A DNA stretch of 64,000 nt from Anaeromyxobacteraceae bacterium (GTDB taxonomy: Bacteria; Myxococcota; Myxococcia; Myxococcales; Anaeromyxobacteraceae), in assembly GCA_032654565.1 (NCBI GenBank), contig JAULAX010000017.1, forward strand, positions 544,001-608,000. The letters are read 5' to 3'. The notes beneath the pieces were generated by a model. The model was not told the origin of the DNA. It did no database searches and saw nothing but the letters and a program-made list of their open reading frames with translations. Shown one piece after another: positions 17,901-24,039 of the stretch. The stretch's first letter is position 1; each line of letters begins with the position of its first letter. The translations under genes and the position numbers were made by a program.

Positions 17901-20034
17901 TGCTGGCGGCGTTGACGTGGGCCTGGTGGGCGCCGACCTTGACGCCGGCGGTGGCCCCGGTGGTGTCCCTGGGCGGGGCGAAGTTGCCCGCGACGCCGCC
18001 GTGGCAGCTGGAGCAGCTGGTGCCGGCGGGATCGATGAGGCCGTTGACGTGGGTGGCAGGGTTGACGGTGGTGGCGGTGTAGCTGGGGTGGCAGCTGCCG
18101 CAGTCGCCGTTGTTGGGGTGCCAGAGGCCGGGCCGGGCGGCGTGGCAGGTGCCGCAGGCCGCCTCGGGGGCGCCGGCGATCCAGTTGGGGTTGGTCTTGC
18201 TGCCGCCGCCGGCCAGGGTGATGCCGTGGCAGTAGTTGGTGCAGGTCGGGTTGGTCTCCCAGCCCGCCACCAGGTTCCCCTCGGCCGGGGTGGGGACGGC
18301 GGTGCGGGCCTTGGCGAGCGGGCCCCAGCCGATGGCGACGCTGCCGTCGGCGTGGGTGGCGTCGGTCGGCAGGACGGCGCCGTGGCACTCGGTGCACTGG
18401 ATCTGGATCGACAGCGGGCCGGCCGGGTTGAGGCTGGTGGACGGGGACAGGTGGGCCTGGTGGGCCCCCACCGCCGGCGACGAGGCGGTCAGCTCGTTCG
18501 GCTGGGTGCCGACCGGCGGCGCCGCCAGGTTGGCCCGGACCTGGAGGCTGGCGTTGGCGCCGGCCGGGATCACCGAAGGCACCAGCGGGAAGGCGGCGTC
18601 ACCGGCGCGATTGCCCTGGCCATGGCAGAAGGTGCACTCGGACAGCCAGTTGGGGTGCCCCTGCGGGCTCGTCAGGGTGGGGATGGCGTGGCAGGCGGTG
18701 CAGGAAGGCGCCGCGCCCTGCCCGCCCAGGTCCGAGCCGTGGCAGTTCTTGCACGCCGCCAGGCCGGCCGGGGGGCTCAGCGCGTTGGGGCCGTGGTCGG
18801 TGGGGTTGGAGTAGTTGGCCGGGTGGTAGTCGATGTCGAGCTGGCCGTTGACGTGCAGGCCGTTGAGGACGTTGATGGCGCCGGCGGTGTCGACGGTGCC
18901 GGGGTGGCACTTCCAGCACTGGGTGGCGGCGGTGATGGCGAGGCCGTCTCGGTCATTGGCCGGGTGCGGCGCCGGGGGGTTGGCGAGGAAGTGGCAGGTG
19001 CCGCAGGCGGCCGGCGCGGCGGGGGCGCTCCAGGACGGGTTCTTGCTGCTGCCGCCCGGCAGGGTGGCGCCGTGGCAGTAGGTGGAGGCGCAGGTGCCGG
19101 AGGCGTAGGTGGGGCTGAGGCCGCCGCGGTTCACCAGGTTGTTGGTCCCGGTGGCCCACTGGATGACCGGCTGGCCGTGCGGGCCGCCGTTGGTCGGCAC
19201 CCGGTGGCACTCGCTGCAGGAGAAGGGCCTGGAGAGGCGCGAACCGCTCCCCGCCACGGTGGAGACGTGGCGCAGGTGGGCGCCGACCTTGGCCCCGGTG
19301 GTGGCCCCCAGCGAGTCCTTGGGCGGCGCCCAGGAGGCCGACGAGCTGGTCTCGCCGCGGGTCTCGTCGCCGTGGCAGTTGGTGCAGCCCTTGGCCTCCA
19401 CGATGCCGTTGATGTGGGTGCCGGTGGTGGTGATCTGGCCATCGGGCGCCACCGTGTCGGGGTGGCAGGCGGCGCAGGTGGTCGGCGTCAGGCCGGTCGA
19501 GTGGGTGGGGGGCGCGCCCACCGTGCTGGTGCCGTGGCAGGAGCCGCAGTTCATGGGGGCATCGCCCCAGCCGGGCGTGGTGTTGGAGCCGCCGGCGCCG
19601 AGCGTGACGCCGTGGCAGTAGACGGAGCAGGTGCCGCCCCGGCCCGGCGAGGCCACGGGCGTGTACCCGGCGCTGAAGGTGCCGCCCAGGGTGGCCCGCG
19701 CGCCCCAGGTGATCTCGGCGCGGCCGTCGCCGTCCGCCGTCCCGTTGGGCTTCGAGATGTGGCCGGGGTCGGCGATGCGCCCGGGGACCTTGTGACACTC
19801 CTCGCAGGCCACCTGCTTGCCGAGGTGGACGGTGTGGGCGCCGACCGCCCCGCCGGTCTCCGTCCCCTGCAGGTCGTTGGGCGGCGCGCCGGTCTGGTCG
19901 CTGGCGCCGCCGTGGCAGCCGAGGCACCCGGCCGGCCCGGACGGGTTGAGCGGCGTGCGGCGCCCCTTGTCGCAGCCGGCGAGCGAGAGCGCGGCGGCGA
20001 GGAAGGCGATGACGATGAGTGCGTGGCGGCGCAT
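8962..20034 (-). CDS. Giant multiheme c-type cytochrome lipoprotein (~3690 aa, ~87 heme motifs; CxxxxCH/CxxCH repeat family)
   Basis: ATG 20034 MRRHALIVIAFLAAALSLAG-C lipobox. Manual count 72 CxxCH + 3 CX3CH + 12 CX4CH: 15 pentaheme modules, a 2-heme insert and a 10-heme C-terminal domain. Confidence 0.95.
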   Translation of the reverse strand: MRRHALIVIAFLAAALSLAGCDKGRRTPLNPSGPAGCLGCHGGASDQTGAPPNDLQGTETGGAVGAHTVHLGKQVACEECHKVPGRIADPGHISKPNGTADGDGRAEITWGARATLGGTFSAGYTPVASPGRGGTCSVYCHGVTLGAGGSNTTPGWGDAPMNCGSCHGTSTVGAPPTHSTGLTPTTCAACHPDTVAPDGQITTTGTHINGIVEAKGCTNCHGDETRGETSSSASWAPPKDSLGATTGAKVGAHLRHVSTVAGSGSRLSRPFSCSECHRVPTNGGPHGQPVIQWATGTNNLVNRGGLSPTYASGTCASTYCHGATLPGGSSKNPSWSAPAAPAACGTCHFLANPPAPHPANDRDGLAITAATQCWKCHPGTVDTAGAINVLNGLHVNGQLDIDYHPANYSNPTDHGPNALSPPAGLAACKNCHGSDLGGQGAAPSCTACHAIPTLTSPQGHPNWLSECTFCHGQGNRAGDAAFPLVPSVIPAGANASLQVRANLAAPPVGTQPNELTASSPAVGAHQAHLSPSTSLNPAGPLSIQIQCTECHGAVLPTDATHADGSVAIGWGPLAKARTAVPTPAEGNLVAGWETNPTCTNYCHGITLAGGGSKTNPNWIAGAPEAACGTCHAARPGLWHPNNGDCGSCHPSYTATTVNPATHVNGLIDPAGTSCSSCHGGVAGNFAPPRDTTGATAGVKVGAHQAHVNAASNVAPLVAAGYSCLVCHVMPGALRHANGQVDLLWSSPATAGNVVPTPLSGALAVAAWETPSPTCTNYCHGASLTAAGGTNKSPLWTGDATQVACGTCHAAPPPLSAAAGATHPKNPVCANCHGAGYATTGVTGTARSTHVNAALNLVVSGCTQCHGDRAASGVTLTVGLVPAAPGGGNQLTSADTTGQGLATAPGVGAHLAHLAGTTYRAAALTCIDCHALPPSNTDVSHATGVGMSGNVLSGARASMAFGNLARGVGASFNNELPAPVYSGSSSAAYGATAGSCNSVYCHGQFKNGKTNNAVSWTATGLNCNSCHGRGTGLTATPPGGSHINSTLCGNCHLGYSDSQVVKATHIDGQVQAAGVSCTSCHGLPSRIAAASATELDPAGARLVLAAPPLDLARASSGNKVGAHLAHVNQEATPPALSNAQRCAACHVVPNHLGLGTATIVWGDIANLGGGALPYNASTQTCSSTYCHGQFPGGLQANVVAWGDGTPAKRGCSACHGQSPTAPQPAHPHPQNLTCATCHAGVGAGVLSAAATATHVDGLVTRTTGGCTSCHGELPAAGVTLTNNLVAAAPGVTGTNTMDTVGQAAATSPGVGAHKAHLGAGVIAHVAIACTECHALPPSNGDTGHATGAVPASGSRATVTFGNLATGAGNGWSGLPVSPTYTGSTSGSGGATAGSCASTYCHGNFVNGKGTAGLGWTTVGAMTCNSCHGATAGASASLPGGSHPQGNSTCSLCHPGYSNTVASATLHLNGRLDVVDQTCSGCHGDVNRTVAASAVDMDGQVPNRLLALAAPPRGVTTSNQVGAHLAHVNQQAAPPALSDAVRCVACHVVPTTGTHSDNTTTVTFGDIAPAAGMTYTPATHTCSSTYCHGQFAGGNGANPIAWGTGSSPATKLGCTACHATPPAHPHPSNATCGACHAGATATTLTGAAVTTHVDGLVTRTTGGCTSCHGELPLAGVTLLNPLAAAPGATGTNTVDTAGRSGATTSAGTGAHRAHLVNTTYRAVLACGECHLLPPSDTDTTHAVGGGSGGARATLAWGNLARGVGATFNNELVAPAYAGSTTGTLANVAGSCASTYCHGQFKNGKKATMSWTAAPGLTCNSCHGAGLATVTTATLPGGSHPQASTDCSKCHSGNSGTIVNPLTHLNGTLEYGPLSCSSCHGDVTQVPVASATWTDVNGQNLVRAAPPVDTNGQAGGNVVGPHQAHVNQSNLPALSNAFRCENCHSGLVWNVAPHPIPPSPVVWGNIAIDGGAATPLGYNTATKTCSNTYCHGNFSYGKGANPVGWLVTSTPTTKLGCNACHGQSVAAPQPAHPHPQNTTCASCHAGATTTTLTAAAAATHVDGLTTKTTSGCTACHGELSLAGVVRANPTGAAPGATGTNTVDTTGQTLPASAGVGAHKAHLTAGTNRNALACTECHALPATDTDVSHGTGTGTGGARATLTFGTLATRSTNNWSGGPVTPTYGTSTTGAGGTTGGSCAATYCHGNFTNGATTATPVWTSTTAMTCNSCHGRTAGAVASPPGGTHPNNALCGNCHTGYGTSSVNLATHLNGRLDVVPQTCTSCHGTAGRTVAGSATELDALGANLALSAPPVDSTNAASGNVVGAHLAHVNQGDLPAFSSALRCVNCHSGLVPLTAPHAPAVNPVAFGNLATARAAAPVAYSAATKTCSNTYCHGQFTYGKPAGNTVGWGTGTPTKLGCNACHGQSVAAPQPAHPHPQNTSCASCHTGVTTTTLTAAAAATHVDGLTTKTTSGCTACHGELSLAGVVRANPTGAAPGATGTNTVDTTGQTLTASAGVGVHRVHLTNGSIRNALACTECHALPATDTDVSHGTGAGSGGARATLTFGTLATRSTNNWSGGPVTPTYGTSTTGAGGTTGGSCASTYCHGNFTNGLNASPAWTAAGTITCNSCHGRTAGAVASPPGGTHPNNALCGNCHTGYGTSTVNLATHMNGLLDVVPQTCTSCHGTAGRTVAGSATELDALGANLALSAPPVDSTNAASGNVVGAHLAHVNQGTAPAFSSALRCVNCHSGLVPLTAPHAPAVNPVAFGNLATARAAAPVAYSAATKTCSNTYCHGQFTYGKPAGNTVGWGTGTPTKLGCNDCHGQSAAAPQPAHPHPQNTSCASCHAGVTTTTLTAAAAATHVDGLTTKTTSGCTACHGELSLAGVVRANPTGAAPGATGTNTVDTTGQTATTAPGVGAHRAHLAGTTFRSTSLACTECHTLPASDTDTTHALGGGTGGARATIAWGNLASGAAFGARTPTYAGSTTGSGGVVGGSCASTYCHSPRADTVVGLNQTPSWVAAGTVLCGDCHGLPPVAAAHPVNAACSQCHPGYPDSPGAATALSAAAKLIHINGSLDGGESSGGSPCLNCHKTDAATGAAYGRMVSDTTVYHHVVAEGAAFKTYPLTATGQACLQCHADHDVFNPALNAANTLGRGANLRTTIATAPTKVAPATGNYANTDFSGTAGLCLSCHATAGGLVKSTTAQKTYAGAGNTLTHVIDGASFAASSHAYAVAGSITTGASAFSAVCMKCHSDRQTATYPEKQSGAFEFALHTSVDRRLRNPMGQTTPVDDHAEDHCYRCHHLTTDTTPGAGPVKTVANRDYFNATVMSAAAQNVFQAFNDPLHVNKHNVGGYDLIHQPTEAAAGAGGTKHVECEDCHEPHAAKTLPAKPASNSNLVWGAITGVTGVVPTWSVANFTAPTAYAATAASTYEYQICFKCHSGANTGLAAWGGTGTWGGVAGTANWTDLALEFSPANQSRHPVASALPAGTDSSATASNQLVAAQLVAPWTPGNTMTCSDCHGGDVASPATQGPHGSAVKFMLRGANRAWPYTQASQNGGNTGTLWLVSSAATGTAPNKLFCLNCHPVPNSAGSNAVHRLIGTSNTHTGSPNAFFSCISCHLRVPHGGKVSRLILTPNAPARYKSGVITPALKGFVKTGKDSYTFGANLVLNSTGTTCTNEHSNLASGGEAW
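11312..14007. repeat. Near-identical ~1.2-kb intragenic tandem repeat (~2.2 copies; decaheme unit)
   Basis: gtctggccggtggtgtcgacggtgttggtg recurs at 11312, 12515 and 13721 (offsets 1203 and 1206); long identical stretches, including shared rare synonymous codons. Confidence 0.93.
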
Positions 20035-20129
20035 GCGGGCGACCTCGAGCCGACCCCCTGCGACAAGGGGGCGCGGCCAGCGTGAACGAGGGAGACGACC
20101 CATCGTGCCGGTTTCGAATCGACATGGGC

Positions 20130-20143
20130 TTGATGGAGGTCAA
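20130..20143. promoter_or_regulatory. FNR/CRP-family-like box upstream of the giant cytochrome
   Basis: TTGATggagGTCAA, one mismatch to TTGAT-N4-ATCAA, in an AT-richer intergenic region. Confidence 0.55.
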
Positions 20144-20173
20144 GGAATCTAAGAATTACCTAATCGAGACAGT

Positions 20174-20197
20174 CGGTTGGGTGATTTCACCCATCCG
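20174..20197. promoter_or_regulatory. 7-2-7 inverted repeat, putative regulator binding site
   Basis: cgg t TGGGTGA tt TCACCCA t ccg; a related copy lies at 40372-40395. Confidence 0.5.
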
Positions 20198-20352
20198 GAT
20201 CAAACCCTCAACGACCCGGCCGCCCGCCCGGCCACTTTCCGCCCGAATCCCCGGGACCTGGGTGGCGGCGTGCTACCCTGCGCGGCCATGCCTGAGCCGC
20301 TTCCCGTTCGGCCACTTCGGCCTCGTCCGCCCCCCATGAGGCGATTCGCCAC

Positions 20353-21090
20353 GTGAGCTCGCCGGCGACCTCCGCACCCGCCCAGCTGGCCTGGACCGGC
20401 GTGCTGGTGGCCCTGGCCGCCGCCGCCGCCCTGGCCTCCGATCTCCACGGCCACGCCGCGCGCACCCCGTTCACGCCGCTGGAGGGGTTCCAGGGCCAGC
20501 GCTGGGCGGTGGTCGGGGACGCCGCGGACGCGGTGGAGGCCTGGAGCAGCGCCGGACTGCGTGGCCGGCGGGTGCTGGTGGCCACCGGACGCTGGGGCAA
20601 ACCGGTGACCCGGGAGGCCGGCCCGGAGGCGGCGCCCGCCCCGCCCGACGACCCGGCCGCCCTGGCCGCGGCCCGCGCCGCGAAGGTCAGCGGCGCGCTC
20701 TTCGAGGCCACCATGCGGGGCGTGGCCCGCGAGCTGCTGGTGGTCATGCCCGACGCCGCCTGGGACGCCCGCGTCGAGGCCATCCGCGCCGCCCGGGAGA
20801 CCACGCTAGGCGACGGCTGGGCGCGCCAGCCCTTCCACGGCATCCCGCGCAGCTTCCACCGCCCGGCGACAGTGCCCCGAATCGACGAGGAGCTCCTGCT
20901 GCTGGTCGAGCCCTCCTTCTTCGCCGCCGGCGCCCCCGCCGACCTCGCCGCCTGGCTGGCCGCGCGGGGGATCCGCTTCGACCTGGCCCTGATCGCGGCG
21001 ACCGATCCGCTGGCCACCCCCGCCCAGCAGGCGGCCGCGGCGGCGCTGGCCGGGCAGGTCGGGGCCGTGCAGCTTGAGGCGGCTCCGTGA
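20353..21090 (+). CDS. Hypothetical exported or membrane-anchored protein
   Basis: GTG start, N-terminal hydrophobic segment, coding-like GC3, GTGA overlap with the PMT-like gene. Confidence 0.7.
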   Translation: MSSPATSAPAQLAWTGVLVALAAAAALASDLHGHAARTPFTPLEGFQGQRWAVVGDAADAVEAWSSAGLRGRRVLVATGRWGKPVTREAGPEAAPAPPDDPAALAAARAAKVSGALFEATMRGVARELLVVMPDAAWDARVEAIRAARETTLGDGWARQPFHGIPRSFHRPATVPRIDEELLLLVEPSFFAAGAPADLAAWLAARGIRFDLALIAATDPLATPAQQAAAAALAGQVGAVQLEAAP

Positions 21091-22502
21091 GCGCGCCGGC
21101 CTTCACCCGGCGTGACGTGGTGGCGCTGGCCGGACTGGTGGCGGTGGCCTGGCTGGTGCGCGCCGCCGGGATCGCCACCCAGCCGCTGATGTCCGACGAC
21201 CTCTCGGTGGCCGCGACGGCGCGCGCCTTCGCCGCCCAGGGGCTGCCCGAGCCGACCATGTGGAACCACCCCCGGCTCCGCGACCTGCTGGTCGACCTCT
21301 CGCTGGACGCCTTCGGCGACGGCGCCTGGGGCATCAAGGCCTGGAGCGTGCTGCTGGGGGTGCTGGCCATCCCGGCGCTCTTCATGCTGCTGCGGCGGCT
21401 GGCGCCGGAGCGGCCGGCGGTCGCGTGGCTAGGGGCGGCGCTGCTGGCGGTGGAGCCGTTCCAGGTCCACTTCGCCCGGCAGGGGATCCAGGACGTCTAC
21501 CTGACCTTCTTCCCGGTGGCCGGGCTGGCGGCGGCGCTCTGGTACCGGGCCTCACGCGCCGCCGGCTGGCTGGTCCTCTCCGGGCTGCTCTTCGGGCTGG
21601 GGCTGGCCTCGAAGTGGAGCGCCGGCTTCTCCCTGGCCCTGGCGCTGGGGCTGGTGGCCTTCGACGCCTGGCGGCAGGGGACACGGCCGGCCCAGCGGCT
21701 GCCGCCGCTCCTCTTCGCCGCGGCGGCGCTGATCCTCCTGCCGCTCACCGTCTACCTGCTCACCTTCTGGCCCTGGTTCGGCCGCGGCCACTCCCTCGGC
21801 GAGTGGCTCGACTTCCAGCGGGCCATGGCCTTCGAGACCGCCACCCACGTCGGCTACCCCGGCACCAAGCTGCCCGACTTCTACGGCGAGCAGGTGGGCG
21901 CCTGGCGCTGGTTCCTGGCGCCGACCTGGTTCGTCGATCTCGGCCTGCCCACCGTCGGCACGGGGACCACCGGCATGACCTACCTGATCGGCGTGGGCAA
22001 CCCGCTCACCTGGCTGCTGGTGCTGCCGTCGCTCGGCTACGCCGCCTGGCGCGGCTGGCGCCGGCGCGATCCGGCCGGCGGGCTGCTGGCCGCGCTCTTC
22101 CTGGTCAACTACCTCCCCTTCCTCTCGCCGAGCCGGCCCATCTTCTCCAACAGCGCCGTGGTGGTGATCCCCTACGGCCTGGCGCTGGTCGGCTACGCGG
22201 CGGCGGCGGCCTGGCCGCGCGCCCGGGCGCTGGTGGCCGCCTGGCTCGGGCTCTCGGCCCTGGCCGCGGCGGCGCTCTGGTTCGCCTCGGTGGGGCGGTC
22301 GACGCCGCCGACCACCTGGCTGGTCCACCTGCTGGTGCCGCCGGCCGCCTGGGAGTCGAAGGCGCTCAAGCTGCAGCGGTCGGGGGCCGGCCACCCGGGC
22401 GGCGCCGTGCCGGCTCCAGCCACCCCGGCTGCGGCGGGGGCGGCTCCCGCAGCGCCGGCGGCGCCTCCCTCACCCTCCCCGGCCCGGGCTCAGGAGAAGT
22501 AG
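21087..22502 (+). CDS. PMT / GT39-like lipid-carrier-dependent glycosyltransferase (protein O-mannosyltransferase-like)
   Basis: SDD acidic pair and NHP in the first loop, LFGLGLASKWS, TVYLLTF, GNPLTW; polytopic membrane protein. Confidence 0.8.
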   Translation: MSAPAFTRRDVVALAGLVAVAWLVRAAGIATQPLMSDDLSVAATARAFAAQGLPEPTMWNHPRLRDLLVDLSLDAFGDGAWGIKAWSVLLGVLAIPALFMLLRRLAPERPAVAWLGAALLAVEPFQVHFARQGIQDVYLTFFPVAGLAAALWYRASRAAGWLVLSGLLFGLGLASKWSAGFSLALALGLVAFDAWRQGTRPAQRLPPLLFAAAALILLPLTVYLLTFWPWFGRGHSLGEWLDFQRAMAFETATHVGYPGTKLPDFYGEQVGAWRWFLAPTWFVDLGLPTVGTGTTGMTYLIGVGNPLTWLLVLPSLGYAAWRGWRRRDPAGGLLAALFLVNYLPFLSPSRPIFSNSAVVVIPYGLALVGYAAAAAWPRARALVAAWLGLSALAAAALWFASVGRSTPPTTWLVHLLVPPAAWESKALKLQRSGAGHPGGAVPAPATPAAAGAAPAAPAAPPSPSPARAQEK

Positions 22503-23317
22503 GCGGTGTGGAGCGAGTTGATCACCATGGGCAGGATGATCAGCGCCAGGATGAAGAGGGCGAAGCTGGCGATGGCCAGCCAGGCGGTGACCCGCGGCCC
22601 CGGCTTCAGGAAGAGCCGGACGTGGAGGAAGCTGCCCCAGGTGATCCAGCTGACCAGCGACCAGGTCTCGATGGGATCCCAGCCCCAGTAGCGCCCCCAG
22701 GACTGGTTGCCCCAGATGGCGCCGGCGGCGATGGTCACGGTCCAGAAGATGAAGCCGAAGCCGGCGCTGCGGACGATGAGGGCGTCGAGCGCCGGCTCGG
22801 GCGGCACCCGCTCGATCCAGGCCGGCGGCGAGGCCCGGCGGCGCAGCAGCAGCAGCACGGCGCTGCCCACCGAGATGAGGAAGGCGGCGGCCGAGACCTT
22901 GGCGAAGATGATGTGGAAGGTGAGCCAGATGGAGCGGAGCGTCGGCGGCAGCTCGCGGCTCTCCGGGTTGGAGAACATCCCCACCGCCATGGCCAGGATG
23001 GCCAGCGGCATGGCCACCACGGCGATGGCCGTCCAGGCTGGCCGGCGGAAGAGCACCACGGTCAGCACCGCCACCGCCACCCAGGCGTTGGAGGAGAGCA
23101 CCTCGTAGCGGAGCATGTACGGGCCGTGGCCCACCGCCGCCCAGCGGACGCCGATGGCGACGGCGTGGGGCAGCAGGCCGAGCGCCGCGGCGGCGAGGCC
23201 GATGGTGCGGCCGCGCGGCTTGGCGAAGACCACCGACCAGGTGAGCGCCACGGCGGCGACGATGTAGCAGGCCACCGCGCCCCAGTGGAGCGAGATCTCG
23301 ACGGCGTAGCGGCTCAT
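22490..23317 (-). CDS. ccsA: System II cytochrome c synthase CcsA/ResC
   Basis: WGNQSWGRYWGWDPIETWS WWD domain; conserved His in WLTFHI, FLHVRL and SLH. Confidence 0.93.
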   Translation of the reverse strand: MSRYAVEISLHWGAVACYIVAAVALTWSVVFAKPRGRTIGLAAAALGLLPHAVAIGVRWAAVGHGPYMLRYEVLSSNAWVAVAVLTVVLFRRPAWTAIAVVAMPLAILAMAVGMFSNPESRELPPTLRSIWLTFHIIFAKVSAAAFLISVGSAVLLLLRRRASPPAWIERVPPEPALDALIVRSAGFGFIFWTVTIAAGAIWGNQSWGRYWGWDPIETWSLVSWITWGSFLHVRLFLKPGPRVTAWLAIASFALFILALIILPMVINSLHTAYFS

Positions 23318-24039
23318 GGCGTGGCTCCGCGCGGCGGGACGGGCGCGGCGCCGGGGGGGATGGGGGGATGGCCGGGAGGCGGCGAGCCGAAGGGCGGGTG
23401 ACCGGGCGGCGGGACCGCGCCGCGGGCGCCGGGGACGGGCGCGGCGGCGCCGGGGGGCGCGCCAGGCGGGCCGACGCCGCCGGCCCCGCGGGCCTGGGCC
23501 GCCTCCTCCTCCAGGGTGGGGAGGCCGTGCGCCTGCCGGGCGTCCAGCTCCAGCTTCGGCGCGGCGCGCCCCACCTGCGGCGGGGTGAGGAACTCGGTCT
23601 CCATCAGCTTGAGCCGGCCCCCCTCGCGGCGGAACCGGTAGCGCAGGTGGTAGGCGTCGGTGGACTCCTCGCCCACCTGCTTGCCGGTGCCGATCTTCCG
23701 GTCGCGGTAGTGCCAGCGCTCACGGGTGGTGACCAGCAGCTCCTCGCCCTGGCGCTCGGCCCCCTCGAAGACCAGCTCGGTGAGCTGGGCGTCGAGGGTG
23801 ATGCCGGCGTCGCGCTTGACGCCGATGAGGCCGAGCAGCCGCAGGGCGTGCTCCTCGCCCACGTAGGGATCGACGATCTCCTGGTCGGAGACCCGGTAGG
23901 CCTCGACCATCTTGTCGAGGTAGGTGCGGACCGCCTGCTCCCCCTCCACCCTCGCCTCGTCCCGGGCCGCCGCGCCGCGCTGGCAGCCCACCACCAGCCA
24001 CGCCGCGGCCACCAGCACCGCCACCAGTCCACGCCTCAT
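23314..24039 (-). CDS. Uncharacterised lipoprotein between resB and resC, with a Pro/His-rich tail
   Basis: ATG 24039 MRRGLVAVLVAAAWLVVG-C lipobox; mixed alpha/beta domain (TRERWHYRDR...YHLRYRF); tail with two PPGHPP; ATGA overlaps on both sides. Confidence 0.8.
   Translation of the reverse strand: MRRGLVAVLVAAAWLVVGCQRGAAARDEARVEGEQAVRTYLDKMVEAYRVSDQEIVDPYVGEEHALRLLGLIGVKRDAGITLDAQLTELVFEGAERQGEELLVTTRERWHYRDRKIGTGKQVGEESTDAYHLRYRFRREGGRLKLMETEFLTPPQVGRAAPKLELDARQAHGLPTLEEEAAQARGAGGVGPPGAPPGAAAPVPGARGAVPPPGHPPFGSPPPGHPPIPPGAAPVPPRGATP

Noticed and set aside
8995..20085. 3696-aa ORF on the + strand (and other long antisense or off-frame ORFs such as 28407-32696, 51601-56898, 10955-14857)
   Set aside because: Shadow ORFs of high-GC3 genes: V/G/A- or R/P-rich, no motifs, and they mirror real genes.
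20035..20352. GEMM-I (cyclic dinucleotide) riboswitch or sigma54 promoter upstream of the 87-heme gene
   Set aside because: No GEMM consensus seen; GG/GC spacing of the candidates (cggcacgatgggtcgt, tggccgcgcccccttgt) is wrong.
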